A program made the translations under genes and the position numbers. The notes beneath the pieces are model-generated. The model did no database searches, was not told the DNA's origin, and saw nothing but the letters and a program-made list of their open reading frames with translations. 64,000 nt of DNA from Candidatus Micrarchaeota archaeon (GTDB taxonomy: Archaea; Micrarchaeota; Micrarchaeia; Micrarchaeales; CABMGC01): the NCBI GenBank assembly GCA_028867135.1, contig JAGWGW010000003.1, forward strand, positions 12,553-76,552, read 5' to 3'. Below are positions 37,456 to 45,046 of the stretch, one piece after another (position 1 is the first letter of the stretch; each line of letters starts with the position of its first letter).

Positions 37456-37517
37456 TCGTTAAGCTTTAATGTACCCTCACTTAAAATACTAAAGAGTTAG
37501 CTGTATAATTAGCGTAT

Positions 37518-37625
37518 TTACTGCGTCCTTAATTTGTTGGCGTAGGTTTCACTAGCAAGATCCCTAATTAGGTTCTTTCTTTCTAGTATTATTCTATTGA
37601 CTATTTTCTCTATGAAAGCCTTCAT
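37518..37625 (-). CDS. Tiny ORF (35 aa) translationally coupled to doc
   Basis: Its ATG overlaps the doc stop (ATGA at 37622-37625). MKAFIEKIVNRIILERKNLIRDLASETYANKLRTQ. Not in the ORF track. Confidence 0.25.
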   Translation of the reverse strand: MKAFIEKIVNRIILERKNLIRDLASETYANKLRTQ

Positions 37626-37966
37626 TTTACGCACTTACTAATAATATTTTCCACGTCAGCTATATTATACTTTCCATTTGCTATTCCGTATACAAGGCCG
37701 AGGGCATCGGCATCGGTAATATCGAATCTTTTGCCATTGGCTTCTAATACAGTAGCGGTGCTTACAAATGCAGTTCTTTTGTTTCCATCTAAAAAGATAT
37801 GTGATACTACAATATCATGCAGCAATATTGCTGCTTTCTTAATTAGATCATTCTTTTTATTTGCTTTTTCAATTGTGAATTCTAGGTTTGCTCTATTAAG
37901 TACGACTCCTTTTTCTCCAACTTTCCTATTGATTTCTATAATATCTTCAGAAGTCAATGATTCCAT
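37622..37966 (-). CDS. doc: Fic/Doc-family toxin (death-on-curing type)
   Basis: Start at MESLTSEDI (ATG 37966). Core motif HIFLDGNKRTAF (HxFx[D/E]GNKR). The upstream part of track ORF 37622..38188 runs through the att repeat and is not used. Confidence 0.8.
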   Translation of the reverse strand: MESLTSEDIIEINRKVGEKGVVLNRANLEFTIEKANKKNDLIKKAAILLHDIVVSHIFLDGNKRTAFVSTATVLEANGKRFDITDADALGLVYGIANGKYNIADVENIISKCVK

Positions 37967-38036
37967 GGATAAATTACTCAAAGCAATTATAAAATTAGTA
38001 GTTATCCATGTAACTCTGTTCAGAGGTAAATCGAAA

Positions 38037-38049
38037 ATGGAGGCACAGG
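38037..38049. repeat. att-type direct repeat, copy 2 (junction between the two island segments)
   Basis: ATGGAGGCACAGG. Confidence 0.8.
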
Positions 38050-38393
38050 CTTGTGAAGCCTGTCCTCGCCCTGAGGCAAAAGCTAACGCTCGGGCCGCCC
38101 AGCTTGGAAGGCGACCCTCGCTCTTTCTCACTCTTTCGCTCGCTCCACCAAGCCGAGCCGATAGCAGAGGCGAGGCTTGTAAATCCAAGCTCAGGCGACA
38201 AACGGAGTTGTTCTATCGAAAAATATGGAATTCGGCTACCTTGTGCTTACCATGCACACGCTCGGGTTCATTGCGAACGCCGGGATTTTACCCGGGTCCG
38301 AATCCCGACAAGGTCGTACCCGAGTTTGGGCTCGAATCCCTACCCTGGCGAAACTATGCAACTGAACCCATATGGCTTGATGAGGAATTGCTT

Positions 38394-39215
38394 ATGACCA
38401 TTGACCCTGCAGTTATAAAGGAAATTGAACGCACGAAAGGAGATATAGAGCTATTGCTACCCAAGCTCGGGAAACACAAGATAGAGGAGCTACAGAGGCT
38501 TATATCGAGGCACTACGCCAAGCGGTTCAAGGGAAGGCGCAAGAGCAACAAATACGGGTCGCTTTCCAAAAGTTTCAACGATATGGAGATTCAGGCTTTC
38601 TTTAGGGTAATAGAGGATAGAAAATATGTTTTGTTATTCAAATATCAAGCGTTCTTGGGATTGAGGATAGGGGAAGTGGTTAAGGTCAATCTGAGAGATA
38701 TAAAGCTGGAAACAAGGGAGCTATACGTTAAGACAGAAAAGGCACAAGTAATGGATTCTCTGATAATACCTTTACCGCTTTTTAATGAAACGCTTGAGTA
38801 TGCGAAAGAAAGGCAGAAAGAGATAGAAGACGCACAAGGCTATCTTTTCTATGCGGATAAAGCTAAGACCACAAGCCAAGAACACCACCTCAACCAGCAC
38901 TACGTTAGAGGAAGGTTTAGGGATTTTGTGATTAAAGCTGGGCTTGATGAGGTTTATGATGTAAGCGATGAAAGTCAAGGTAGAAGTTTTAGAAGGCTTC
39001 ATAGGCTTACTACTCATTCACTAAGGCACTATGCGATTACTAAGTTTGCTCAACAATGCGGAGGGAATGTCTATCTGACCAGCAAGTTTGCAAGGCACAG
39101 TGACCCGTCAATTACTTCAGTTTACGTAAATGTAAGTAAGCAGGAGCTATATCAACAAATGGATAAAATGGGCGATTTGCAGGCTATTGTGCAGTTAAAG
39201 AGGAAAATAAAATGA
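38394..39215 (+). CDS. int: Tyrosine recombinase / integrase
   Basis: Catalytic residues in order: GLRIGEV (R), HSLRHYA (HxxR), RHSDPSITSVYV (H...Y). Start taken at MTIDPAV. The track ORF extends much further upstream. Confidence 0.85.
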   Translation: MTIDPAVIKEIERTKGDIELLLPKLGKHKIEELQRLISRHYAKRFKGRRKSNKYGSLSKSFNDMEIQAFFRVIEDRKYVLLFKYQAFLGLRIGEVVKVNLRDIKLETRELYVKTEKAQVMDSLIIPLPLFNETLEYAKERQKEIEDAQGYLFYADKAKTTSQEHHLNQHYVRGRFRDFVIKAGLDEVYDVSDESQGRSFRRLHRLTTHSLRHYAITKFAQQCGGNVYLTSKFARHSDPSITSVYVNVSKQELYQQMDKMGDLQAIVQLKRKIK

Positions 39216-39337
39216 AATGCTTATTTTGCCAGAACGGCTATAAAACTCATAAAGTTGGTAAGAAATCCATATGCGAGAATTGCGCTTATGAACTGAAAGA
39301 GATAATCGTCATTAGCGAATATAATTCCGCTAACTAA
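39212..39337 (+). CDS. Small zinc-ribbon ORF (41 aa) coupled to int
   Basis: ATGA overlap with the int stop. MKCLFCQNGY...SICENCAYELKE (CxxC...CxxC). Not in the ORF track. Confidence 0.4.
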   Translation: MKCLFCQNGYKTHKVGKKSICENCAYELKEIIVISEYNSAN

Positions 39338-40175
39338 ATTTTTGTAAAAGTAGTTGATGAATATCTCGTGTATATTTAGTAGTTAATTTGTATGCCTTTT
39401 TAAGATAAGGTTTTGGTATCGTCAATATGGCAAGGCGATCACCTAATTTTTTGCCTGTTTTTAATTTATATGTCAAATCAGCTACACCATCATTATGCAC
39501 TATTATATTCCTTCGATAAAACAACTCATTAAATTGCTTCCAATCCTTATTTTTATTTAGAGCAAATTCAAATTCTTCGTTAATGTAGTTAAGAACATTT
39601 TCAATTCCATCTCTAAACATCATCGATATTTCTTTTTCAACTAAAGCATCTTTGATATTGTCCATACTTTTCATTTTCAATAGTTCTTCATATGAAATTT
39701 GTTTTTTTGAAGATATCAAAAAATTATTATTGAAGTAGAATACCATACCTATTTCTTTCCTCAGAAAACTCTCAAATGAGCTTAACAAATCAACAAAATA
39801 CATCTCGTACATAAAAATAGGTATATTATGTTCATTTATGAATAACCTTAATTGTAAGCCATGGACTTTTGCTACCTTTTTATTTTTTGTTGAGATTTTA
39901 TTGGCTTTGCCCATATCTTTAACTGTTCGACTATATTCTCGTTTTTCTTTCTTGGTAAAACTTTGTGCAAGTCGCTGAATCTTAAGTTTTTCTTTTGAAA
40001 CATATTCTTTAAAAGCCGAGTCAAAAACTGATTCTGCTAATCTAAGGCTTTCCAGATTATGAAAAAATCTTGTTTGATTATGCCCTAAAAAATCTACAAA
40101 TTGCTTTTTGTTAGATTTGTATTTCTTTATTTTCTGAACTATAAGATAGCTCTTATTATTCTGAATCTTAGTCAT
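39330..40175 (-). CDS. Hypothetical protein with HEPN-like RNxxxH motif (putative RNase toxin)
   Basis: 281 aa. ELFYR-R222-N-I-I-V-H227-NDG (nt 39495..39512) in a helical-looking C-terminal half. K-rich N-terminus. Last gene of a 3-gene operon in the AT-rich cargo. Confidence 0.45.
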   Translation of the reverse strand: MTKIQNNKSYLIVQKIKKYKSNKKQFVDFLGHNQTRFFHNLESLRLAESVFDSAFKEYVSKEKLKIQRLAQSFTKKEKREYSRTVKDMGKANKISTKNKKVAKVHGLQLRLFINEHNIPIFMYEMYFVDLLSSFESFLRKEIGMVFYFNNNFLISSKKQISYEELLKMKSMDNIKDALVEKEISMMFRDGIENVLNYINEEFEFALNKNKDWKQFNELFYRRNIIVHNDGVADLTYKLKTGKKLGDRLAILTIPKPYLKKAYKLTTKYTRDIHQLLLQKFS

Positions 40176-40191
40176 TTTACCATTTCATATT

Positions 40192-41049
40192 CTAATTAGT
40201 GGTAGGTTCTGAAGCTACAGAAGGTTGAGGTTCATGATTAAATTCTAATTTAACCATTAGTATATCACTTATTTGTTCTATATTCTTCGTAAATGTAATT
40301 TCTCCCTCTTCCTCTAATATCTTGATAGCCTCCTTTATGTTATCACAATTTTGCTTATTTATTCCATGGATATATAACTTGTCAATTCCATATTTCTTAT
40401 TCTTTAGGATTTTATCCTTAATTAGGTTTTTAACTTCGTCGAGACCCATGTGGAAATTTATAAAGACAGCTAAAGGAAAGTCTCTTATAAGCTTATCAAA
40501 TATGAATTTAAATTCTTCAAGAGTTGTTGGGTCTTTGCTTAGTTCATCATATAACGGTAAGAATATATCATGAAAATAACCAGCAGTATAAAGATTAGTT
40601 ATGGTGTTGCCTCTTTCCCCATAATCATATCTTATCTGTTTTTTCCTATCATAAATTTCAGCGAAGCGCCTATTATCTTTTAAGTATTTAATATAAACTG
40701 CATCTTCTAAAGCTCCATAATCTTCAGGCAAGAGTATTGTCTGTAATTTTTCTATCGCTTTAAAATCTGAATTTATTTTATGTAGTTCCTGAATAACTGA
40801 ATATGATTTCTTTTCCATTACGAGATAATTTTCATTGTTTTCTTTTAATGCCCTCATATATTCGGCAAATGCGGTGTTCTCTTCTGGAGAAAGCGCTTGG
40901 AGATTTATAGTAAGATTCGTATAGTTATTTGTTATCTCGTGTTTCCTGTTGCCGTTTAAAATGTTGATTTCGATTTTCTCTGGTAGTTTTACAAGATTTT
41001 TAATCCCTAAAGTAGCTAAGAACTTCTTTAGCAAAACAGCAGGATTCAC
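40192..41049 (-). CDS. Hypothetical protein (285 aa), middle gene of the island cassette
   Basis: No family recognised. The C-terminal DKLYIHGINKQNCDNIKEAIKILEEE resembles an Smr motif only weakly. There is a 16-nt gap to the next gene. Confidence 0.55.
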   Translation of the reverse strand: MNPAVLLKKFLATLGIKNLVKLPEKIEINILNGNRKHEITNNYTNLTINLQALSPEENTAFAEYMRALKENNENYLVMEKKSYSVIQELHKINSDFKAIEKLQTILLPEDYGALEDAVYIKYLKDNRRFAEIYDRKKQIRYDYGERGNTITNLYTAGYFHDIFLPLYDELSKDPTTLEEFKFIFDKLIRDFPLAVFINFHMGLDEVKNLIKDKILKNKKYGIDKLYIHGINKQNCDNIKEAIKILEEEGEITFTKNIEQISDILMVKLEFNHEPQPSVASEPTTN

Positions 41050-41053
41050 TATA

Positions 41054-41284
41054 TCACTTCATTTTAACATAATTTATCAAAGAAGTGATATCATTTTTAA
41101 TAAATATCTCTGAACCATTTTTAATTCCTGCAAATTCATTTTCAGTAATTGTTTTACCATTTTGTGTCAAAACAGGCTCTTCAGTCTCTTTTTCAACAAT
41201 AATATTATCTTTAATTTTTTTGTCGAATATTTCTAATACCTGATTTTGAAATCTCTTATCGAAAGTAATAATCTGCATATCCAT
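41054..41284 (-). CDS. Small acidic hypothetical protein (about 76 aa), first gene of the island cassette
   Basis: ATG at 41284 (the track uses TTG at 41287). TATATAAATA on the minus strand lies about 40 nt upstream (41321..41330). There is a 4-nt gap to the next gene. Confidence 0.5.
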   Translation of the reverse strand: MDMQIITFDKRFQNQVLEIFDKKIKDNIIVEKETEEPVLTQNGKTITENEFAGIKNGSEIFIKNDITSLINYVKMK

Positions 41285-41451
41285 CAAATAGTTATCTTAT
41301 GCAAGATTAAAAAACATACCTATTTATATAGATTTTCATGTTTCTGAAGGCATTAACCTTATAAATACTTTCTATCAGAAGACATTAAGATTGGTATGAA
41401 AGTGCGTCTGACTTGGATTTCTGAATCTTCTTTTTACGAGGTTAATTATGA

Positions 41452-41464
41452 ATGGAGGCACAGG
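41452..41464. repeat. att-type direct repeat, copy 3 (inside the tRNA-Val 3' end)
   Basis: ATGGAGGCACAGG covers the discriminator, the 3' acceptor strand and the start of the T-stem. Confidence 0.8.
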
Positions 41465-41523
41465 GAATCGAACCCAGGCTTGCAGAATGTCAATCTGCCG
41501 TCCTACCATTAGACTATGCCTCC
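41453..41523 (-). tRNA. tRNA-Val (anticodon GAC)
   Basis: Reverse complement GGAGGCA-TA-GTCT..GGAC-G-GCAGA-TTGACAT-TCTGC-AAGC-CTGGG-TTCGATT-CCCTG-TGCCTCC-A. One U-U mismatch in the T-stem. No encoded CCA. Confidence 0.85.
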
Positions 41524-41534
41524 GTGTGTTCCTT

Positions 41535-42755
41535 TCAGCGTGAATGGACCTTGCAGAATTCTTCTATCCTATTCAAAGCCGTCTCTAATATATCTTTTGG
41601 AGGGAGCCCGACTATCCTTACGTAGCCTGGCTCTCCGAAGCCTGAGCCTCTCGTTATCTGCACGCTCTTCTCCTTGAGCAGCCTGTCCACAAACTCGCGG
41701 TCGTCCTTGAACCTTAGGGATCTCATGTCAAGCTTGGGGAAGAGGTAGTATGCGCCCCTCGGCTGCACGACCTCCATGTACCTGCTCTCGTTTATCCTCT
41801 TGGCTGCGAAGTTTATCCTCTTCTCTATTTCTGCAACAAGCTTCCTTATGCCCTTGTTGTGCTCTGCAACATTGTTTATCCCTTCCGCAACTGCGTACTG
41901 CGCAGGGGTGTTGACGCACAGCCTCAGTTTCGCATATTCTGCTATCCTCCTCTTCATCTCCTTTGACACGCTGTCCTTTCCCGGGATTATGGCGAAGCCT
42001 ATCCTGAATCCTGTCGCGTCGAAGTCCTTCGATGCGCCGTTGAGTATTATGTGCGGGATGCCCTCGGCCAGCTTCGAGACGCTGGTGTACCTTGCGCCGT
42101 TGAAGGTTATCTCGTCGTATATCTCGTCGCTTATAAGCACCATCCCATGATTCTTTGCTATCTCTATGAGCTCCTTGAGAGCGCTTGGCTCAAGAACCGT
42201 GCCAGTGGGATTGTTCGGATTGGTTATGACAAGGTATTTGAGCCTCTTCCTCGACTTCAGGTCCTTCTTTAGTGCCCTTTCAAGGCTGTCAGTGTCTATG
42301 TCCCAGTTCCTCTCCTCGCTGTATCTCTCTATTATGGGGTTTCCTCCGTTTATCTTCAGGTCAGGTATGTACAGTGGATAGTACGGCCTGAAGAAGACAG
42401 CCTTGTCGTTCCTGTTTACCAGAACCGAATTGATGAACATCAGCGCCTCGCTGACCCCGTTCGTTATCACAACGTCGTCAGCCTCTGCTTCGGTATTGTA
42501 CATTCTCCTGTACCTGCTTGCCACGGCCTCCCTCAATGGCTTTATTCCCATGGGATCCGAATACCTTGTGTTTCCCTCCCTCAGCGCCCTGACATACGCG
42601 TCTATCATGTATTTCATTGTCGGGAAGTAGACTGCGGGATCCCCCCTGTTGAGCTTGAGCACCTTCTTGCCGTGCGCCTCTAGCCTTTCTGCGACTACGT
42701 CCTCTTCCTCTATAGGATTCTCTGCGTATTTCGAGAACTCCGAGAAGTCATACAT
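41535..42755 (-). CDS. Class I/II pyridoxal-phosphate aminotransferase (Asp/Ala aminotransferase-like)
   Basis: ...NPNNPTG..., ...GASKDFDATGFRIG (PLP lysine region). Start taken at MYDFSEF. The alternative start at 42809 overlaps the upstream gene. Confidence 0.8.
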   Translation of the reverse strand: MYDFSEFSKYAENPIEEEDVVAERLEAHGKKVLKLNRGDPAVYFPTMKYMIDAYVRALREGNTRYSDPMGIKPLREAVASRYRRMYNTEAEADDVVITNGVSEALMFINSVLVNRNDKAVFFRPYYPLYIPDLKINGGNPIIERYSEERNWDIDTDSLERALKKDLKSRKRLKYLVITNPNNPTGTVLEPSALKELIEIAKNHGMVLISDEIYDEITFNGARYTSVSKLAEGIPHIILNGASKDFDATGFRIGFAIIPGKDSVSKEMKRRIAEYAKLRLCVNTPAQYAVAEGINNVAEHNKGIRKLVAEIEKRINFAAKRINESRYMEVVQPRGAYYLFPKLDMRSLRFKDDREFVDRLLKEKSVQITRGSGFGEPGYVRIVGLPPKDILETALNRIEEFCKVHSR

Positions 42756-42786
42756 GGTAACATGCTTGCAACCAAATATTTTAAGT

Positions 42787-43464
42787 CTATTTGTCAGCGA
42801 GCCCTGCATCGTCTATTATGTATGCGCCTGAATTGCCCTTCCATTCGTTGTGCGCCTTGAGCACCTCTATCCTTTTTTTGAACAATGGAGCGTCGAGCAC
42901 GAAGCTTTCGGCTTCGCCGCCCTCGAAGAGCATGTTTATGCCGTATTTCCTGTTCGCTTCCTGGAGCCTTCCTATCATCTCCTTGTCTATCCTTTTTCCT
43001 AGAAACGATTCGTCAAGCCCTTCAGCAGACACAGACGTTATTATCGCATTGAAGTTGCTGTTAAGGTATGCCAGTTCCTCCATAGGGTCTATGTGCCATA
43101 TCGGCGCAAGGTGCTCTATGCCGAGCTTTTTGCAGATGATGTCTATCCTGTCGGCCTGGTACCTGCTGTAGGTTGCTCCTGTGACCAGCAGCCTGGCGTC
43201 GTTCACCTTGAGAGCGCGCTCAAGGTCCTTGAGCTCCTCCTCCTTCTCGCCCTCTGTCTCGTAGAATGCCTGCTTTATGCCCATCGATTCCGATTGCAGC
43301 CTTGTGGGCCTTATGTTCGGATGGTGGAACATGTAGCTGTCGGCATTCCTGCTTATCATGGTTATCAGGAGGTCTACCTTTATCCCCATCTCCACAGTTT
43401 TGTGGAGGGCAAGCGTGGAGTCTTTTCCTCCGCTATACAGGACAGCGTTGGCCATCAATTTCAC
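42787..43464 (-). CDS. Dph6-like ATP pyrophosphatase (diphthine-ammonia ligase / MJ0570 family)
   Basis: ANAVLYSGGKDSTLALHK PP-loop-like motif; about 220 aa. Confidence 0.7.
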   Translation of the reverse strand: MKLMANAVLYSGGKDSTLALHKTVEMGIKVDLLITMISRNADSYMFHHPNIRPTRLQSESMGIKQAFYETEGEKEEELKDLERALKVNDARLLVTGATYSRYQADRIDIICKKLGIEHLAPIWHIDPMEELAYLNSNFNAIITSVSAEGLDESFLGKRIDKEMIGRLQEANRKYGINMLFEGGEAESFVLDAPLFKKRIEVLKAHNEWKGNSGAYIIDDAGLADK

Positions 43465-43578
43465 TCTTTGAGGGTTTGCATTCGCGATAGCATTCTTTGG
43501 AAACGCTTCTATTAAACGCTTTTGATGCCGGATAGATATTTAAGGGCGTATTTTTACTAGATATTCACAAGCGATTGC

Positions 43579-44973
43579 ATGGCTCAAAGCTCGATGCTAG
43601 ACCTGATGAGGTCTTTCTCCTCAGGCATGATGATACATAAGGTCCCTTCCTACGCAAACAGGTTCTTCTACTCGTTCGGCTTCCTGCTGCTGACATGCTT
43701 CGTGGTGCTGGCCCTTACAGGCATAGTGATGCTCTTCTTCGGGCAGCAGTGGTGGCAGACGGACCCGCTGGGCATTCTCATGCGCAGCGTTCACCTCTGG
43801 GCCGCAGAGGCGTTCGCATTCATCCTGGTCCTCCATGCGTTCGTCGCATTCTCGACATCCGCGTTCAGGTCCACAAGGAGGCTTGTCTGGATGCTTGGGA
43901 GCCTTCTGCTCTTCATCTCGTTGATACAGGCGGAGTTCGGATTCGGGCTCAGGGGCGATTTCTCATCGCAATGGAGATCGCTGCAAGGAGCTGACTTCTG
44001 GAACGGGGCTGGGCTGGGCTGGTTCGTGAATCCGCTGAACTCGCCGCAGGTTCTGGGCCTGCACTCCGTGATAATACCTTTCGCGATGATCGCGCTAATC
44101 TTCGTCCATTTCTCGCTGGTGAAGAAGCTTGGGATAGCAAAGCCGTACAGGAAGGACATCGAGTTCGAGATGGTTGACGCAAATCACAGGATACTTTTTG
44201 TGAGGGGTTTTGCACTGGTTGCTGCGATAGCTGTCCTTGCGGTCCTGTTCCCGTCGCCGTTGGAGGCGCCAGTCACGATCCAGGGCATTGCGCAATCGAA
44301 TCCTGCAGCGATAGCATTAACATTTGCAAGCGAATTCAACCACACATCGGGCACAGCGACGTACATGGACAACATAGACCCGTACATCTTTGACACAAGG
44401 CAGGTGTTCGTTGCGAGCCCGTACGTGCAGTACCTGAAGGTTTATCCCGGCAATAACCTCCTTGCCGCCTTCAATTCGGAGACCCAGAGCAGGCAATTGG
44501 ATAACATCGCGCAGGCGCAACTGTACTTCGCAGGCAACGGGAGCATAAACTTAAGCGCAAATCCAAACCCATTGATACCGCTGTTCAGCTCGCTGACAGT
44601 GATGGCCCAGAGCGGGCTGTACGAAGCCTCGCTGAACAATGCGCTGCCTGGAGGCGACCAGACCTATGCCTTGAGGTTCCTTTCAGATACCGGCTACCTC
44701 GGCATAAAGGCCGAGAGCCTTGGCATATCCCTGGAGCAGTACGGGATGATCAAGGATGAGAGGGGGTGGCTGCCTCCGAATTCGTGGTGGCTTGCGCCCC
44801 TGGCAGTGATGGACAATACTATACTCGCAGGCAGCCAGAACCAGGACAGGATTGGCGCGCTGATCCTGGGCCTTTCAATGTTCCTGTTCATACTCTTTCC
44901 ATTCATACCGTGGCTGAACGAGATTCCCGACAAGCTGGGATTGTACAGGATCTTCTGGAAGGTTAAGAGATAG
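43579..44973 (+). CDS. Di-haem cytochrome b (N-terminal bc-type domain) fused to a large extracytoplasmic domain
   Basis: Four candidate His ligands on two helices (RSVHLWAAE / LVLHAFVAF and LGLHSVIIP / IFVHFSLV). These are followed by one TM, about 190 aa of soluble sequence and a final TM. No PEWY motif and no adjacent Rieske gene. Confidence 0.65.
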   Translation: MAQSSMLDLMRSFSSGMMIHKVPSYANRFFYSFGFLLLTCFVVLALTGIVMLFFGQQWWQTDPLGILMRSVHLWAAEAFAFILVLHAFVAFSTSAFRSTRRLVWMLGSLLLFISLIQAEFGFGLRGDFSSQWRSLQGADFWNGAGLGWFVNPLNSPQVLGLHSVIIPFAMIALIFVHFSLVKKLGIAKPYRKDIEFEMVDANHRILFVRGFALVAAIAVLAVLFPSPLEAPVTIQGIAQSNPAAIALTFASEFNHTSGTATYMDNIDPYIFDTRQVFVASPYVQYLKVYPGNNLLAAFNSETQSRQLDNIAQAQLYFAGNGSINLSANPNPLIPLFSSLTVMAQSGLYEASLNNALPGGDQTYALRFLSDTGYLGIKAESLGISLEQYGMIKDERGWLPPNSWWLAPLAVMDNTILAGSQNQDRIGALILGLSMFLFILFPFIPWLNEIPDKLGLYRIFWKVKR

Positions 44974-45046
44974 GCAACCCATTCGCTGGCCGCTGCAAGG
45001 ATTTCTATTCGGGGCCTATGAACTGTTTAATGCACATAAAGATGGA

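Larger units (their letters stand above)
37443..41464. mobile_element. Composite integrated element at the 3' end of tRNA-Val (two tandem segments)
   Basis: Three identical 13-bp direct repeats ATGGAGGCACAGG. The last one is the 3' end of tRNA-Val. Contains a tyrosine integrase. Cargo is strongly AT-rich relative to the flanks (by eye about 30 percent versus about 50 percent G+C). Confidence 0.8.

Noticed and set aside
38269-38350. Possible extra tRNA gene upstream of int (acceptor-like CGCCGGG/CCTGGCG and GCTCGGG/CCCGAGT pairings, T-loop-like motifs)
   Set aside because: No consistent cloverleaf can be drawn. The anticodon-like hairpin has a 6-nt loop, the arms overlap each other, one candidate is only about 57 nt, and the T-loops are non-canonical at positions 54/55. 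Treated as tRNA-like remnants or structure, not as a gene.
37731-39215. 494-aa ORF read as one long integrase, or as an SSV-type integrase split by integration (int(C) starting at the att repeat)
   Set aside because: The N-terminal part is antisense to doc and low-complexity. At the other island end the frame that would supply int(N) is closed by TGA at 41449-41451, immediately before the repeat. The only ORF reading into that repeat (MKVRLTWISESSFYEVNYEW...) is in a different frame from the int frame. The catalytic domain with its own ATG at 38394 is sufficient.
40192-40350. Smr-domain call for the C-terminus of the 285-aa island protein
   Set aside because: Only the LYIHG...EA stretch resembles the Smr LDLHG motif. 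The remaining Smr core is not visible and the segment is too short. Mentioned only as a weak hint.
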